A stretch of 63,994 nt of DNA, the filler included, from Reclinomonas americana ATCC 50394 (lineage: Eukaryota), in NCBI GenBank assembly GCA_048213135.1. It is 13 parts of 13 records of this genome, joined end to end, with 100 filler letters (N's around TTAATTAATTAA, not from the genome) between each part and the next. Parts side by side here need not be neighbours in the genome. Positions count along the whole stretch, not along the records: positions 47,370 to 56,671 come from AFZH01017075.1; positions 56,772 to 57,962 come from AFZH01017077.1; positions 58,063 to 60,416 come from AFZH01017078.1; positions 60,517 to 62,864 come from AFZH01017082.1; positions 62,965 to 63,994 come from AFZH01017248.1; 8 more parts are not named here. One strand, 5' to 3'. The translations under genes were made by a program, and so were the position numbers. Under the pieces are notes generated by a model that worked only from the letters and a program-made list of their open reading frames with translations, was not told the origin of the DNA and made no database searches. Of this stretch, positions 53,171 to 63,994 are shown in pieces. Positions within the stretch are counted from its first letter, which is position 1; every line of letters begins with the position of its first letter.

Positions 53171-55491
53171 CGTGTGTATGTGAGAGAGAGAGAGAGAGTG
53201 AAGGAGAATCAAGAGGCAAAGATTGCATGTGTTTTGTTGCAGAATCTGTGTGCGTGTCCGTTTGTGTTGATTGTGCGTGAGTGTGTGCTGTTCGTGTGCA
53301 TATTTGTGCGTGCATGTGAGAGAGAAGATAGAAAGCTGGAGAGAGGCAAGAGGCACCATGTGGTGTGCGATCATTGGAGTTTTGACAGCATTGCAAGTTT
53401 GTTTGCGGGAGATTTAGAGAGTGTGTGCGTATGTGTGCGTGCGTGTGAGAGAAGAGAGAGAGCAGGAGACTCCAGAGGCACAGTGCAGTGTGTGATCTTC
53501 GGAGTTTTGACAGCTTTGCAAGTTTATGAGAACGCAGGTCGTGTGCGATATGTGAGGTCTTTGTGCTCAATTTGTGTCCCTTTGCCTTCCCCTACTTCCA
53601 GGTCGACTCGCACTTCACCCACCTGGCGTGGACGGAGACCCCGCGCGCGTCGGGCGGCCTCGGCAACATGAACATTCCGCTCATTGCCGATCTGACCAAG
53701 TCGATCTCGCGCGACTATGGTGTTTTGATTGAGGAGGCGGGCATTGCGCTGCGGTGAGTGCGACAAGGGGAAAGGGGATTGATTCTGTGCATCATTCTTG
53801 TGCGGTTGAGAGGGATCATGTCAATTCTGCGAGGGCTGGCATGACTTGCTTCTGGTATCGTTCTCTTGTCTTGCATGATGCGTTTCATCTGCATCTCTGA
53901 GTCACCTTCGTTGTCGTTTTTCTCGTCACGGTTGCAGTGGCATTTTTCTCTCCCTCTCTCGCTCTTCCTCCCCCTGTTCCGTGTCGCGATAGGTATGAGG
54001 CAGTGCTCGCTGCTCCCCACTTTTGTCACCGTCTCTGTTGAGACCTCCCTCCTTCTTCCGTCTCTCTCTTCCCCTACACTCTGTCGGGATGGGCCGATGA
54101 AAGACGGCGAGACAACAGCAGCCGATGCTCGCTTCTCTGCGCGCTTTGATCGTTTTCTCTCTCCCCCTCCTTCGTCCCTCTCTATCACTCCCTCCTTCGT
54201 TCCGACCCTCTCTCCCCCTACACTGTGTCGTGATGGGCATGATGAAGCCGGCGAGAGACGGCAGCAGGCAATGCTCGCTTCTCTGCCCTCTTTGGTCGCT
54301 GTCTCTCTCCCTCTCTCCTTCGTCCCGTCTCTCTCTCCCCCTGTCCCGTGTCGGGATGGGCATGGTGAAGTACGGCGAGAGACAGGCAGACAATGCTCGC
54401 TTCTCTGCACGCTTTGGTCGCTGTCTCTCTCCGTCGCTCCTTCGTCCCTCTCTGTCTCTCCTTCCTTCGTCCCGTCCCTCTCTCCCCCGACACTGTGTCG
54501 TGATGGGCACGATGAAGCCGGCGAGAGGCACAGCAGACAATTCTCGCTTCTCTGCACGCTTTGGTCGCTGTCTCGTTCCCATTCTCGCCTGTCTCCCTCT
54601 GTCTCTCGCACGCCCCATCTCCCGCTGTACCGTGTCGGATGAAAGAAGGCGAGGGACAGCAATGCTCTGTCTGTCTGTCCCTATCTTGTCTACCCTGCAT
54701 CGAAGAAGATCACACGATGTGAGAAGAGAGACAGGAAGGGCGAGACAGAGAGGGAGAGTTAGTGAGTGAGGCAGACAGACATGTGAGATCATGAATGCAT
54801 GCATTCTCCGATCACTGTCTCATCTCTCTCTTTCTCTCTCACACACACATACGCACACGCACACACAGTATGATGCGCCAGTTGCTTCTTTCATCCTGGT
54901 CTCACTTTCTTCTCTCTCCTTGCCTGCCCTCACTGTTTTCTGTGCACTTCACTCCCTCTGCATTAGAGTGTGCATGCGAGTGTGAGCGAGCGTCACTGAA
55001 GGAATGCTGTTGAGGACTCTTCGCTTCTCAGCTGGGCGCTGTGCCTTCTGTCTTCTTTTCATCCTCCCCTCCTCCCTCGCGACACACACACGCACACACT
55101 TACACTTTCTTGAATTTCTAGTTTCCCTCATTTCGTCCGCCCTTGCTACTTGCAATTACTCCGAGATACATCTGCAGTTGTCCGCATCTCTTTTCCCTCC
55201 CCTCCCCTTCTCCCCCTTCCCTCCTTCCCCCTTTTCTCACCATCCCTTCCCCCTTTCTCCTTCCCCCCTCACAGCGGCCTGTTCATCATCGACACCGCCG
55301 GCATCATCCGCCAGATCACCATCAACGACCTGCCGGTCGGCCGCAGCGTCGACGAGACCCTGCGCCTGGTGCAGGCCTTCCAGTTCACCGACATTCACGG
55401 CGAGGTGTGCCCCGCCGGCTGGAAGCCAGGCCAGGACACCATGAAGGCCGACCCGAGCGGCTCCAAGGCCTACTTTGCCAAGCACGGGTAA
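51889..55491 (+). CDS. PRDX: Typical 2-Cys peroxiredoxin (AhpC/TSA family), 4 exons, complete
   Basis: Exons 51889-51985, 52537-52661, 53602-53753 and 55275-55491. Motifs: [69 protein letters not shown]-terminal YF. Confidence 0.97.
52770..53530. repeat. Intronic dispersed-tandem repeat, about 5 copies
   Basis: gatcatcggagttttgac.gc.ttgcaagtttgtttg recurs at about 52775, 52930, 53085, 53370 and 53495, separated by (GT)n/(GA)n. Confidence 0.8.
53975..54670. repeat. Intronic minisatellite, about 4-5 copies of roughly 130-150 bp
   Basis: Repeated ctgtgtcgtgatgggca.gatgaagccggcgagag...caatgctcgcttctctgc.cgctttggtcgctgtctct in peroxiredoxin intron 3. Confidence 0.82.
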
Positions 55492-55812
55492 ACCAAAAAA
55501 TGCACACAACGTACAAGCTCTTTCATGTGAAGAGAGCCGCGCGTGCATGCAATGAAAGCACTTTTGGTTGGTGCGCATCGCGTCCGGTTCGGCGAATCTT
55601 GTCCACGAATTATTCGCATTCTCTGTCGGTGAGCGCACCACGTGCTTCACACCACTCGCATCTCTTGTGCACAAGACACACACACGCACACACGCATCAA
55701 CGCCACGCACCACACACAATTTCTCCGCGCGCGCTCGTGAAAGTGTGCGTTTTGTTTGTTTGCACGACATTTCTCACACACACTCTCTCTCTCTCTCTCC
55801 AGCTTCAACAAA

Positions 55813-56010
55813 ATGACCATCTCCGACTCGTTCTCTCTCGTGCTCGCCGTCGGCGCACTGGCGCTCCCGCTCGTCGCCGCCGTCACGCGTCGCTTCTTTG
55901 CCTGCTCCGCGTGCAACACGGATGCGTGCCGGTGCCCCTCAGAAGGCGCCTCTTCCTCGTCCTCGTCTGGAAAGGCCGCGGCGGGTGCTGCTGCGCCCTC
56001 GGGATGTTGA
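55813..56010 (+). CDS. Probable first exon (or 65-aa ORF) of a membrane-anchored protein with CxxC-x4-CxC
   Basis: caacaaaATG context and GC-rich codons. MTISDSFSLVLAVGALALPLVAAVTRRFFACSACNTDACRCPSEG..., ending either at TGA 56008-56010 or at a gttgagt donor before a CT-rich intron-like tract. Confidence 0.5.
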   Translation: MTISDSFSLVLAVGALALPLVAAVTRRFFACSACNTDACRCPSEGASSSSSSGKAAAGAAAPSGC

Positions 56011-56634
56011 GTTTTTTTCATGGGAGAACGCGCATTCTGACACTATTTTCTGTCAAACTCACTCTCTCACTCACACACACACATACGCACTGGCGTGTGC
56101 GCCTCTCTCCTTCTTTTTCCTTTATTCTTCTTGTCACTGTCGCTGTCTTTCGTTGCGCGTCTGCAAGTCATTGCCTTCATTTTTCCGCTGCTCTTTGTTT
56201 CTCTCTCTCTCTCTATATCTCTCTCTCTCTCACGCACACGCACTGGCGTGTGCGCCTCTCTCACGCTCTCTCCTCTGTTTTCTGCTCTTCTTGTCACTGT
56301 CGCTTTTGTCGTCGCTGTTTTGATTGCGATTGGCGATCGCATTTTTCCGCTCTTTCATCTTGCTGTCTTTCTTTCTCGCTTTCTTTCCTTCTCTCTCCTC
56401 TCTCTCACTCTCTCTCTCACACACACGCTCACACATACGCACACCCGCACACGCATTCTCTGTCTTTCAGTTTTCGTTTCTTCGTCAGCAAGTCATGCAT
56501 TCTCGCACTCTCTCTCCGTGTTCACTCACTCACTGCCTCTTGTTCTCTTTCTGTTCTTCTTTCTCGTAATGTTGCCTTTGTCGTTGCTTTTTATTGCGAT
56601 TGGCTCTTCCCGCTTTCTCTCTTTCTTCTTTCTT

Positions 56635-56671
<37 letters not shown>

Positions 56672-56771
56672 NNNNNNNNNNNNNNNNNNNNNNNNNNNNN
56701 NNNNNNNNNNNNNNNTTAATTAATTAANNNNNNNNNNNNNNNNNNNNNNNNNNNNNNNNNNNNNNNNNNNN

Positions 56772-57661
56772 GATGGCCGCGCGCCGCCTCCGTTCTTGTT
56801 CACGCTGCCGCTCCTCCATTTGGGCCTTCAATCGTGACAGCTACAGAGCGAAGGCAAGGGTGAGCAGAGATATATGATATGCAGTGCCACTGAATGCTTA
56901 CCTCCTCTGCTTTCTTCCTCTTCCTCGCGTCCTCCTTGCGACGCTCCCTGTCCGCGGCCATTTGACGCAGACGGGCGGCTTCGTCTACTGAGAGGGCGGC
57001 GCCACTGTCGTGGTGGTGATGGTCGCCGGTGGTGTGGGAGAGTGGTCCGAGGGTGGTGGGCTGTGGGAGGCGGAAATGAGGGTAGGGAGGGGGAAAAGGG
57101 GAAGGAGAAGGGGGAAGGAGAGGGGAAGGAAAGGGGGAAGCTTCTTCTTCTTCTTCTTGCCCTTCTCTTTCTTTTTTCTTCTTGATCTTCTTCTGCTGCT
57201 GCTACTGTTGCAGGTTGCTCTCCTTGTTCTCTTCTTCTTCCCCTTCGAACAGTGATGCACATACCGTCTCCTCCTGCGGCGTGGTGGCACCCGAGTGCGT
57301 GCGACTGCGCACAAAATCATCGTACGAGCCGGCAAATGGGTCCGTCGACTGCAGAGAGAGTGAGGGGGGACGATTCAGAGAAAGGATGACGAGTGGAACA
57401 AACCTCTGAACTCACTGGCGTCATGCGCGTGAGCGAAAACGCCATGGATGCCGAGCTGGAGCGCGGCTGGTGCAGCGGCGCCGGCGGGAGACCCATGTCG
57501 GACAAACCGAGCATCGTGTGCGCACTGTGGGCGGAGGGTTGTGATGGTGGTGGTGGTGGTGGAGCGGGTCGACGGGGCATGGCGAACGCAAGGTCGAATT
57601 CGACGCTCTGGCCCGCGCGGGGTGGGGTGGTGAGGGGTGGGGGCGCGAAGGCGGGGTGAAG
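56772..57661 (-). CDS. Hypothetical Pro-rich / charged coiled-coil protein (internal exons)
   Basis: In-frame GT-AG exons: LHPAFAPPP...MTPVSSE|STDPFAGSYDDFVRSRTHSGATTPQEET|PTTLG...AARLRQMAADRERRKEDARKRKKAEE|LSRLKAQMEERQREQERRRRAAI. Confidence 0.6.
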
Positions 57662-58089
57662 CTGCAAGAGATAAAGGGAAAGGGTGGGTAAGGGGGAAGG
57701 GTGGGGGAAGGGGGAGGGAGGAGATGAACACTGATGTGATTGAGAGAGAGTGGAAAAGGAGGAGGACGAGGAGAAAGAGGAAAAGACAAATGAACACGGT
57801 CATGGAAAGTGAAGAGGACGACAAACAGCGCCCTCCGCGCTGCCACGAAGACACACAGAGAGGGCCGAACCTGTCTTTTAATCCTCCTCTTCTCCTCCCC
57901 TCCTCTCCACACGCACTCGCCACTCAATTAGAGACCCTGTTGCTTCTCTCTCTCTCTCTCTCNNNNNNNNNNNNNNNNNNNNNNNNNNNNNNNNNNNNNN
58001 NNNNNNTTAATTAATTAANNNNNNNNNNNNNNNNNNNNNNNNNNNNNNNNNNNNNNNNNNNNTGGTGAGTGAGTGAGAGGGAGGTAGAG

Positions 58090-59884
58090 AGTGAGTGGAG
58101 AAGGCTGACCGTGGGAGCGCGAGGTCATCGCGTGCGCGGGAAAAAGGAAAAGCCGGCTTGTGGGACACCACTTGTCTCCGGGGCCACTTGGTGATCCACG
58201 TGTTTTGTTGGCAAAGGAAGTGGTGGATGGATTGTCTGTGTGTATACACTGGAAAGGTGCTTTGGTTGGCGTGGTGGTGAGAGAGCGCGAAGTTCATCGG
58301 TCGCGACGTTCGAAGTCTGGCCCAAAACACGATGACCAATCTCTTGCCGACAATGACTTGGCACACCAACTGTATGCAAAACACACAATTACTCTTCATC
58401 TTCCCTTTCAGGATCAAAGGCGTGTGGCGCATGTGGTGCTCGCTCGCCTTGCCCACTTTCTTCCTGTTTCCTGCACTCTTTCTCTTTCCCTCTGTCTCTG
58501 TCACTCACGCTCTGCCGGAATGCGACTCAGCTCTCACTGCAACTGACATTAGGAGTACGATCACTTCGCCTCCAAATTACATCACATACAGCGTCGGCGC
58601 ACCGGGCCCCTCTGCTGCTTTCTATCATGCACTCTTTCTCTTTCCCTCTTTCATTCTCTTTCTCACTGCAACTGAACCTTCACCCTCGACATTAGAAGTA
58701 CGATCACTTCGCCTCCGGATTACATCACATACAGCGTCGGCGCACCGGGCACCTCGGTCACCAACTGCAACTCGTCGCGCACCTCATCGTCCGAACCATC
58801 GTCTTCGTCGCTATCGTGCCCGCGTTGCAGGCCGCGTTCCTCGGGCGTCGGGTTGACGACCATGTGCAGGCGCGGCGACTTGAGTTTCCCGTCCACCACC
58901 ATCGCCAGAAACACGCTGTCGCGCAACGACGGCTGCCCGTGCGCAGACGTTGTTCCCGCCGCAGTCAAGTGCTGCTGGTGATGGTGGTGATGGTCGGGTC
59001 GACTCGGTGACGACGATGAGCGAGAGCGCGCTCCTGGGCTGACGCTGCGCGCTGGCGACACACTCGAGCGCTGCGACTGCGTGCGGCCGCGACCGCGCGG
59101 ACTCCTCTCCTCTTCCACCAACTTCTCCTCCACACTCGAGTCAAACTGCGGCTGCCGCAACGCTTCCTCGTCGCCACCCGCCACCGTCAGCACCGCCGTC
59201 GGTGGACATGGCAACTGCTCGCCCAGCGTCTTGAACGGCACCAGCATCACCTCGCCTTCGATCCAGTACACGCGACGACCGGCAATGCGCGGTGACGATG
59301 ATGACGACGACGACGAAGACGGTGATTTGGGGGACGACGGTGATGCCTTTGCTGCTGCCACACGCGAGTGAGCGCACGTATAATCAAAGGAGAGAGTGCC
59401 ATAGACGCACCATGCGTCGGCGACCTGCGCGTAGGCGATCGCTTTCCATTCGAAGGACTCGTGGTCGTGGTGGTCGTGCTGGTCGAGTAATACCTCTGCA
59501 GCACCACCGCCGGCATATCCGTGCGCTCATACACCTCAAAGTGCGCCGTGCCCGTCACTGGCGACACAAAGCGCGCCACCAGTTGCGTCGACCAATCGAC
59601 ACGCGCCAGGTCGCGTCGCGTGCGAATCATGAAGGGAGGGTGGTGAACGACGGCCACGGAGGAAGAGTCGCCATCGTGACGGCGATGCAGAATGGTGCGA
59701 GAGACGCAGCGGGTGGCCGAAGAGGAAGAGGAGGAGGATGAAGTGGGGGCGGGAGGTGGGGGGATGTGCTGTGGGGGGAGAAGGGAATGAGTGGACAAGA
59801 GAGGAGTGGTGATAGATGCGTGTGTCACCTGTGCTCGAGCGTGCAGGTGGGCGAGAAGCAGTGGATCGGAGGTTGCCACGTGAC
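58090..59884 (-). CDS. Hypothetical low-complexity protein (internal exons; may be the same gene as 56772-57661)
   Basis: Long GC-rich open frames with globular-looking patches (RVDWSTQLVARFVSPVTGTAHFEVYERTD, RVYWIEGEVMLVPF, DSVFLAMVVDGKLKSPRLHMVV) separated by Ser/His/Pro tracts. No family recognised. Confidence 0.5.
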
Positions 59885-60304
59885 CTGCGCATGGAGAGCG
59901 GGGGTGAGAGAGGGAAGGAGAGGAAGGAGACACGGAAAGAAAGGGAGAGGAAAGGAGAGAGGAAGAGGAAAGGAGAAAGAAGGAAGTGAGGAAAGATGAG
60001 AGACGAGAGAGAGAGAGAGAGAAGGAAGTGAGGAAAGATGAGAGAAGAGAGAGATAGAGAGTAGAGAAGAGAGAGAGAGTGAGAATGAGAGAAAGAAGTA
60101 AGGAGAAAGAAGGAAGTGAGGAACGATGAGAGACGAGAGAGTGAGAGTGAGTGAGAGAGAGAGAGAGAGGCAAGAGAGAGAATGAAGAAAAGTAGCAAAG
60201 AAGAAGAAAGGAGAATGAAGGAAGTGAGGAAAGTTGAGAGACGAGAGAGCAAGAGAGTGAGAATGAAAGGAGGGAGAGGAGGAAAAAGCAACAAGATGAC
60301 GAGC

Positions 60305-60416
<112 letters not shown>

Positions 60417-60936
60417 NNNNNNNNNNNNNNNNNNNNNNNNNNNNNNNNNNNNNNNNNNNNTTAATTAATTAANNNNNNNNNNNNNNNNNNNNNNNNNNNN
60501 NNNNNNNNNNNNNNNNAGAGAGAGAGAGAGGAAGAGAACAGTTTATCTGCAATTATTTATATTCTGTACACGCTTCTCAACTCTCACAACCGCGTTATAG
60601 ACTGAATAAGTTTCTGGCGTGTGAAGATTGCAGTACGAGGATGGCATCCCTCAACCTTCCATGCATAGCGATTACACACGTGTATCGATACAAAGACCCA
60701 CATCAACTGCACGAGAAGGTAGACCGCTGACAGTAGTCGCTAACCGATCACCCCGTTTCATGAAAGAGACGGAGGAGTTGAGGACAGAGAATCAACACAC
60801 TCGCACTCACTCTCTTTTCCACAATCTCCAATGCCACCACACTCTCTCACTTGACGTCTTCTTTCCACTCCTCCGTCTCTTTCTTGTCGCCCTACGTGAC
60901 AAGCTGCGTCTTCCGACAACTCTTTTCCCTGCCCCT

Positions 60937-62741
60937 TCAACAAAACGCAACAATCGCCCGCAAGTGCGCCGCCAGCTCATTCGGACACACGACGCCAATG
61001 CCCTCCAGCAGCGAGGTGAAGCTCAACACCAGTGGCGTGTGATCGCCTGGCTGCGAGTCCCAGTGACCCAGTGCCTGCGCGAGGCACCAGAACACATCCG
61101 GCAGGACACCCTGCGCGGCGGCCGAGGAGGAGAGGTGGCGGGCCAGCACTTGGGCGAGGAGTAGTGATGTCTCGGCGTCTTTCTCGCCAAAGATGCCACG
61201 CACTGTATGGGGGAAGGAAATGGGAGAGAGAGAGAGAGAGAGGAGATTAGAAGAGGTAGGAAGAAGCGAGTGAGGCTGTGTCAGAGAGAGAGTACGGCGA
61301 ATGCATGCGAGAGAAGAGAGAGCGCAGAAAACAGACACTCTTGCTTGTGAGGTTGCCGAGAGCATGGTGAGAATGGCCTCTTTGCTCACCATTGCGATAT
61401 CGGATCGAGAGAGAGAAAGACAGAGGAAAGCAGGAAAGACAAAAGGCAACACGGGGACGAGCAAGTACGCAGACAAAGAGACTTAGAAATGCAAGCATGC
61501 AGACGGACAGATACTGAGAGACATTGAACGGGAATACGAGAATGCGATTGGCGAGAATCTTGCTCCGACGGTGAGACGCAACAAGTCGGAAGAAACGTGG
61601 CTGTCGGCAACGGCCACTCGGGGCCTCGCCACAGTCTATCCAGTGTCGCCATGCCCCACGTGCGCTCTCTCGTGCCCGGGTGTCGCAACACAGCCAGCAC
61701 GCACGCAGCGACATTGCTCTCCTGCGCAAAGTGTGTAAGGCAGCAGTGACCCTCGGCGCCATTGCCTCGCAACGCAACGGTGACCATGCTGTCCACAAGA
61801 CGCATGAGTTGCTGCCGCAAACCCGCATTGTCGGCGGCGGCCAGCGTGGCCGTCGTGGCGTCGACACTGCCGCCCACCGCCGGCGCCAGTTGATAGTAGG
61901 CGGTCATGAGCGGAGGCAGCAGACGGTGAGCATGCTGCGACAAGACGGGTTGTGCCGCCGGGGACTTGGCCAGCAGGTCCAGCAGGCGTACGCACTCGCC
62001 GGCGAGCCTCGACGAGTGACCGTGGATGACACGGCGGTTGACGCCGGCGAGGATGCCGCAGATGCAGCACTCCCAGAGGGGGAGAAGGAAGAACTGCGAG
62101 GAGGGGGAAGGGGGGCACGTGGGAAGGGGATGAGGGAGGGAAGGGGGGCAAAAGAGGCAAGGGAGAGAAGGAAGAACTGCGAGGAGGGTGTGAAAGGGAA
62201 CGAGGTGAGAAGGGTGCGAGATGTGAATGGAAGGCTTGAGATAGCGAGGCGAGATTAGCAGAGCGGAAGCGAAATAAAGCAATGACGAGGAAGTGGAAGT
62301 GGATGCAGAGTGGGAGCAACGAATGCAGGAATGAGTAGCTGGACTCCCGAGCGCGAACGGAGAACAACGCAAACGACACAAGAGACCCCGATATGACAAA
62401 CCGTGGCAAACAAATGAGACGTCTCCGCGGACGAGGGTGACGATTTGAGCTGAATAAGAGTCTCCAACAAGCTCTCCAGGGCCTCCTCCGCTGTGACATC
62501 AAGGAAGTCAGTAGAAAGCAAACGCACTCTCTGCTAACTCGTCGGGAAGTCAAGTTGTGTGCCAACTCTTCTCTGCCGTCAACACTCGCGTTGCCTCGTT
62601 GTCGAGAATGCTTAGCATCTCGTCTGGTCGCATGTCTCACCGTTGTTTCTCAGCCACCAGCACTCGCTGCTGCATGCTCTTGTAGAGGCTCTGCCGACTC
62701 TCTGCGCTTGGCTGTCTTCGATCTCCCAATCTGCTCGTCAT
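60937..62741 (-). CDS. Hypothetical helical (ARM/HEAT-like) protein, multi-exon
   Basis: Leu-rich amphipathic segments such as AEEALESLLETLIQL, ECVRLLDLLAKSP, LRQQLMRLVDSMV, LLLAQVLARHL and LAAHLRAIVAFC*. Start and several junctions are uncertain. Confidence 0.5.
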
Positions 62742-63098
62742 GGTTCCCTTCTTCCCAAGCCACGCGGCCTTCCTTTCTCCACGATGACACCAAAGCTCAT
62801 GCCACAGGCAACTTGACTTGTCTCTCTCTCTCTGTCTCTCTCTCCCTCTCTGTCTCTCTCTCTCNNNNNNNNNNNNNNNNNNNNNNNNNNNNNNNNNNNN
62901 NNNNNNNNTTAATTAATTAANNNNNNNNNNNNNNNNNNNNNNNNNNNNNNNNNNNNNNNNNNNNCGTAACGTAACGACGACGACGACGACGACGACGACC
63001 GACGACGACGACTACGACCGACCGTACCGTCCGGTCCGACCGGTACCGGTACGTACGTACGTACGTACGTACGACGTACGTACGTACGTACGTACGAC

Positions 63099-63190
<92 letters not shown>

Positions 63191-63246
63191 TGAGTTCAAG
63201 TAGCTTCAATCACGAAATGCGACGGAATGACGAGTTAGCGACGTAC

Positions 63247-63994
63247 CACTCCTGGCACAATCCATGCCTGCACGACAACTGGTAGCACACGTCCAAGTCC
63301 TGACCGGTGCAGCTGGCACACTGCAGACTGCGATTGATGGTGACACCTGGTACAGGCGACGGTGACGGATGAGAGCCGGCAGCGGACGCGGCGGACTGCG
63401 CAGAGGGCTGGCGCTGTGGTGGCGCATGAGGTCTTGCGCCACGTGCAAACGATTCATCAACTGGTCCAGTTGCGGCAATCAGCGGCCCATGTGGCAACCG
63501 CCGCGGAGACCGTGACTGTGACTGCTGATTCGCAGCAGAGACCGGAGCAGCGGCCGATGCAGCACCTTCAAAACCACCAGCCATTGTCGCAGACGGCTGC
63601 TCTGCAGGCGGCCAGTCTGCTGATCGAGGATCTCGTTCGTACGGATCACGATGACGAAGACCGTAGCCAGCGCCACCACGACCACCACGACCACCACCGC
63701 GACCGCCACGACGACCGTAAAATGCACCTTCTGCAGAAGCGGACGATGCAGCACCATCATCGGCGCCATCAACGGCGTCGGCAATGGTGACAGCCATTGC
63801 CGCAGACGGCCGCTCTGCAGCCGGCCAGTCTGCTGAACGTGGATCTCGTCCATTCGGATCACGATGACGAAGACCGTAGCCAGCACCACCACGACCGCCA
63901 CGACCACCACCGCGACTGCCATGACGACCGTAGAATGCACCGTCCGCTGCAGCGGACGATGCAGCACCATCATCGGCGCCATCAACGGCGTCGA
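63247..63994 (-). CDS. RING-finger protein with upstream tandem RGG-containing repeats (partial)
   Basis: Two copies of a 213-bp (71-aa) unit containing RGGRGGGRGGRGGAGYG, followed by LQCASCTGQDLDVCYQLSCRHGLCQE(C) ending at a gtacgt donor. Confidence 0.7.

Noticed and set aside
53715..54804. Overlapping 200-300 aa repetitive ORFs on both strands
   Set aside because: They lie in the peroxiredoxin intron 3 minisatellite with no coding signature.
62965..63100. TACG/CGA-rich periodic sequence (also about 35420-35503 and 38798-38936)
   Set aside because: Occurs only at contig ends beside microsatellites and follows the TACG flow order; typical flow-sequencing noise.

Overview
Eukaryotic draft scaffold from an intron-rich, flagellated protist (organism not identifiable from this window). 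It consists of 13 contigs joined by 100-nt placeholder gaps (44 N + TTAATTAATTAA + 44 N). Most of the ORF track is noise; the real genes only appear after manual GT-AG splicing. Recognisable genes: U2 snRNP A' (SNRPA1), an axonemal dynein heavy chain split over three contigs, AMP deaminase and a typical 2-Cys peroxiredoxin. The most novel feature is a roughly 25-exon gene (3118-7661) encoding RING - TRAF-type zinc fingers - coiled coil - four ubiquitin-like domains - Peptidase S74/ICA auto-processing chaperone. Splicing joins the last UBL tail directly to the catalytic serine (...IMYVQRVRG|SDRRFK...), so it looks like a self-maturing ubiquitin-like protein fused to a putative E3. Other notable items: a giant gene (17.6-38.6 kb) with at least 11 tandem modules, each a six-blade NHL propeller inserted inside an FN3-like domain; about 28 introns with a one-base-shifted donor (GTTGCG); and an NLS-like first exon on AMP deaminase. 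Mate-pair adaptor remnants and flow-cycle noise are present as artefacts. All gene models were spliced by eye and no searches were run.
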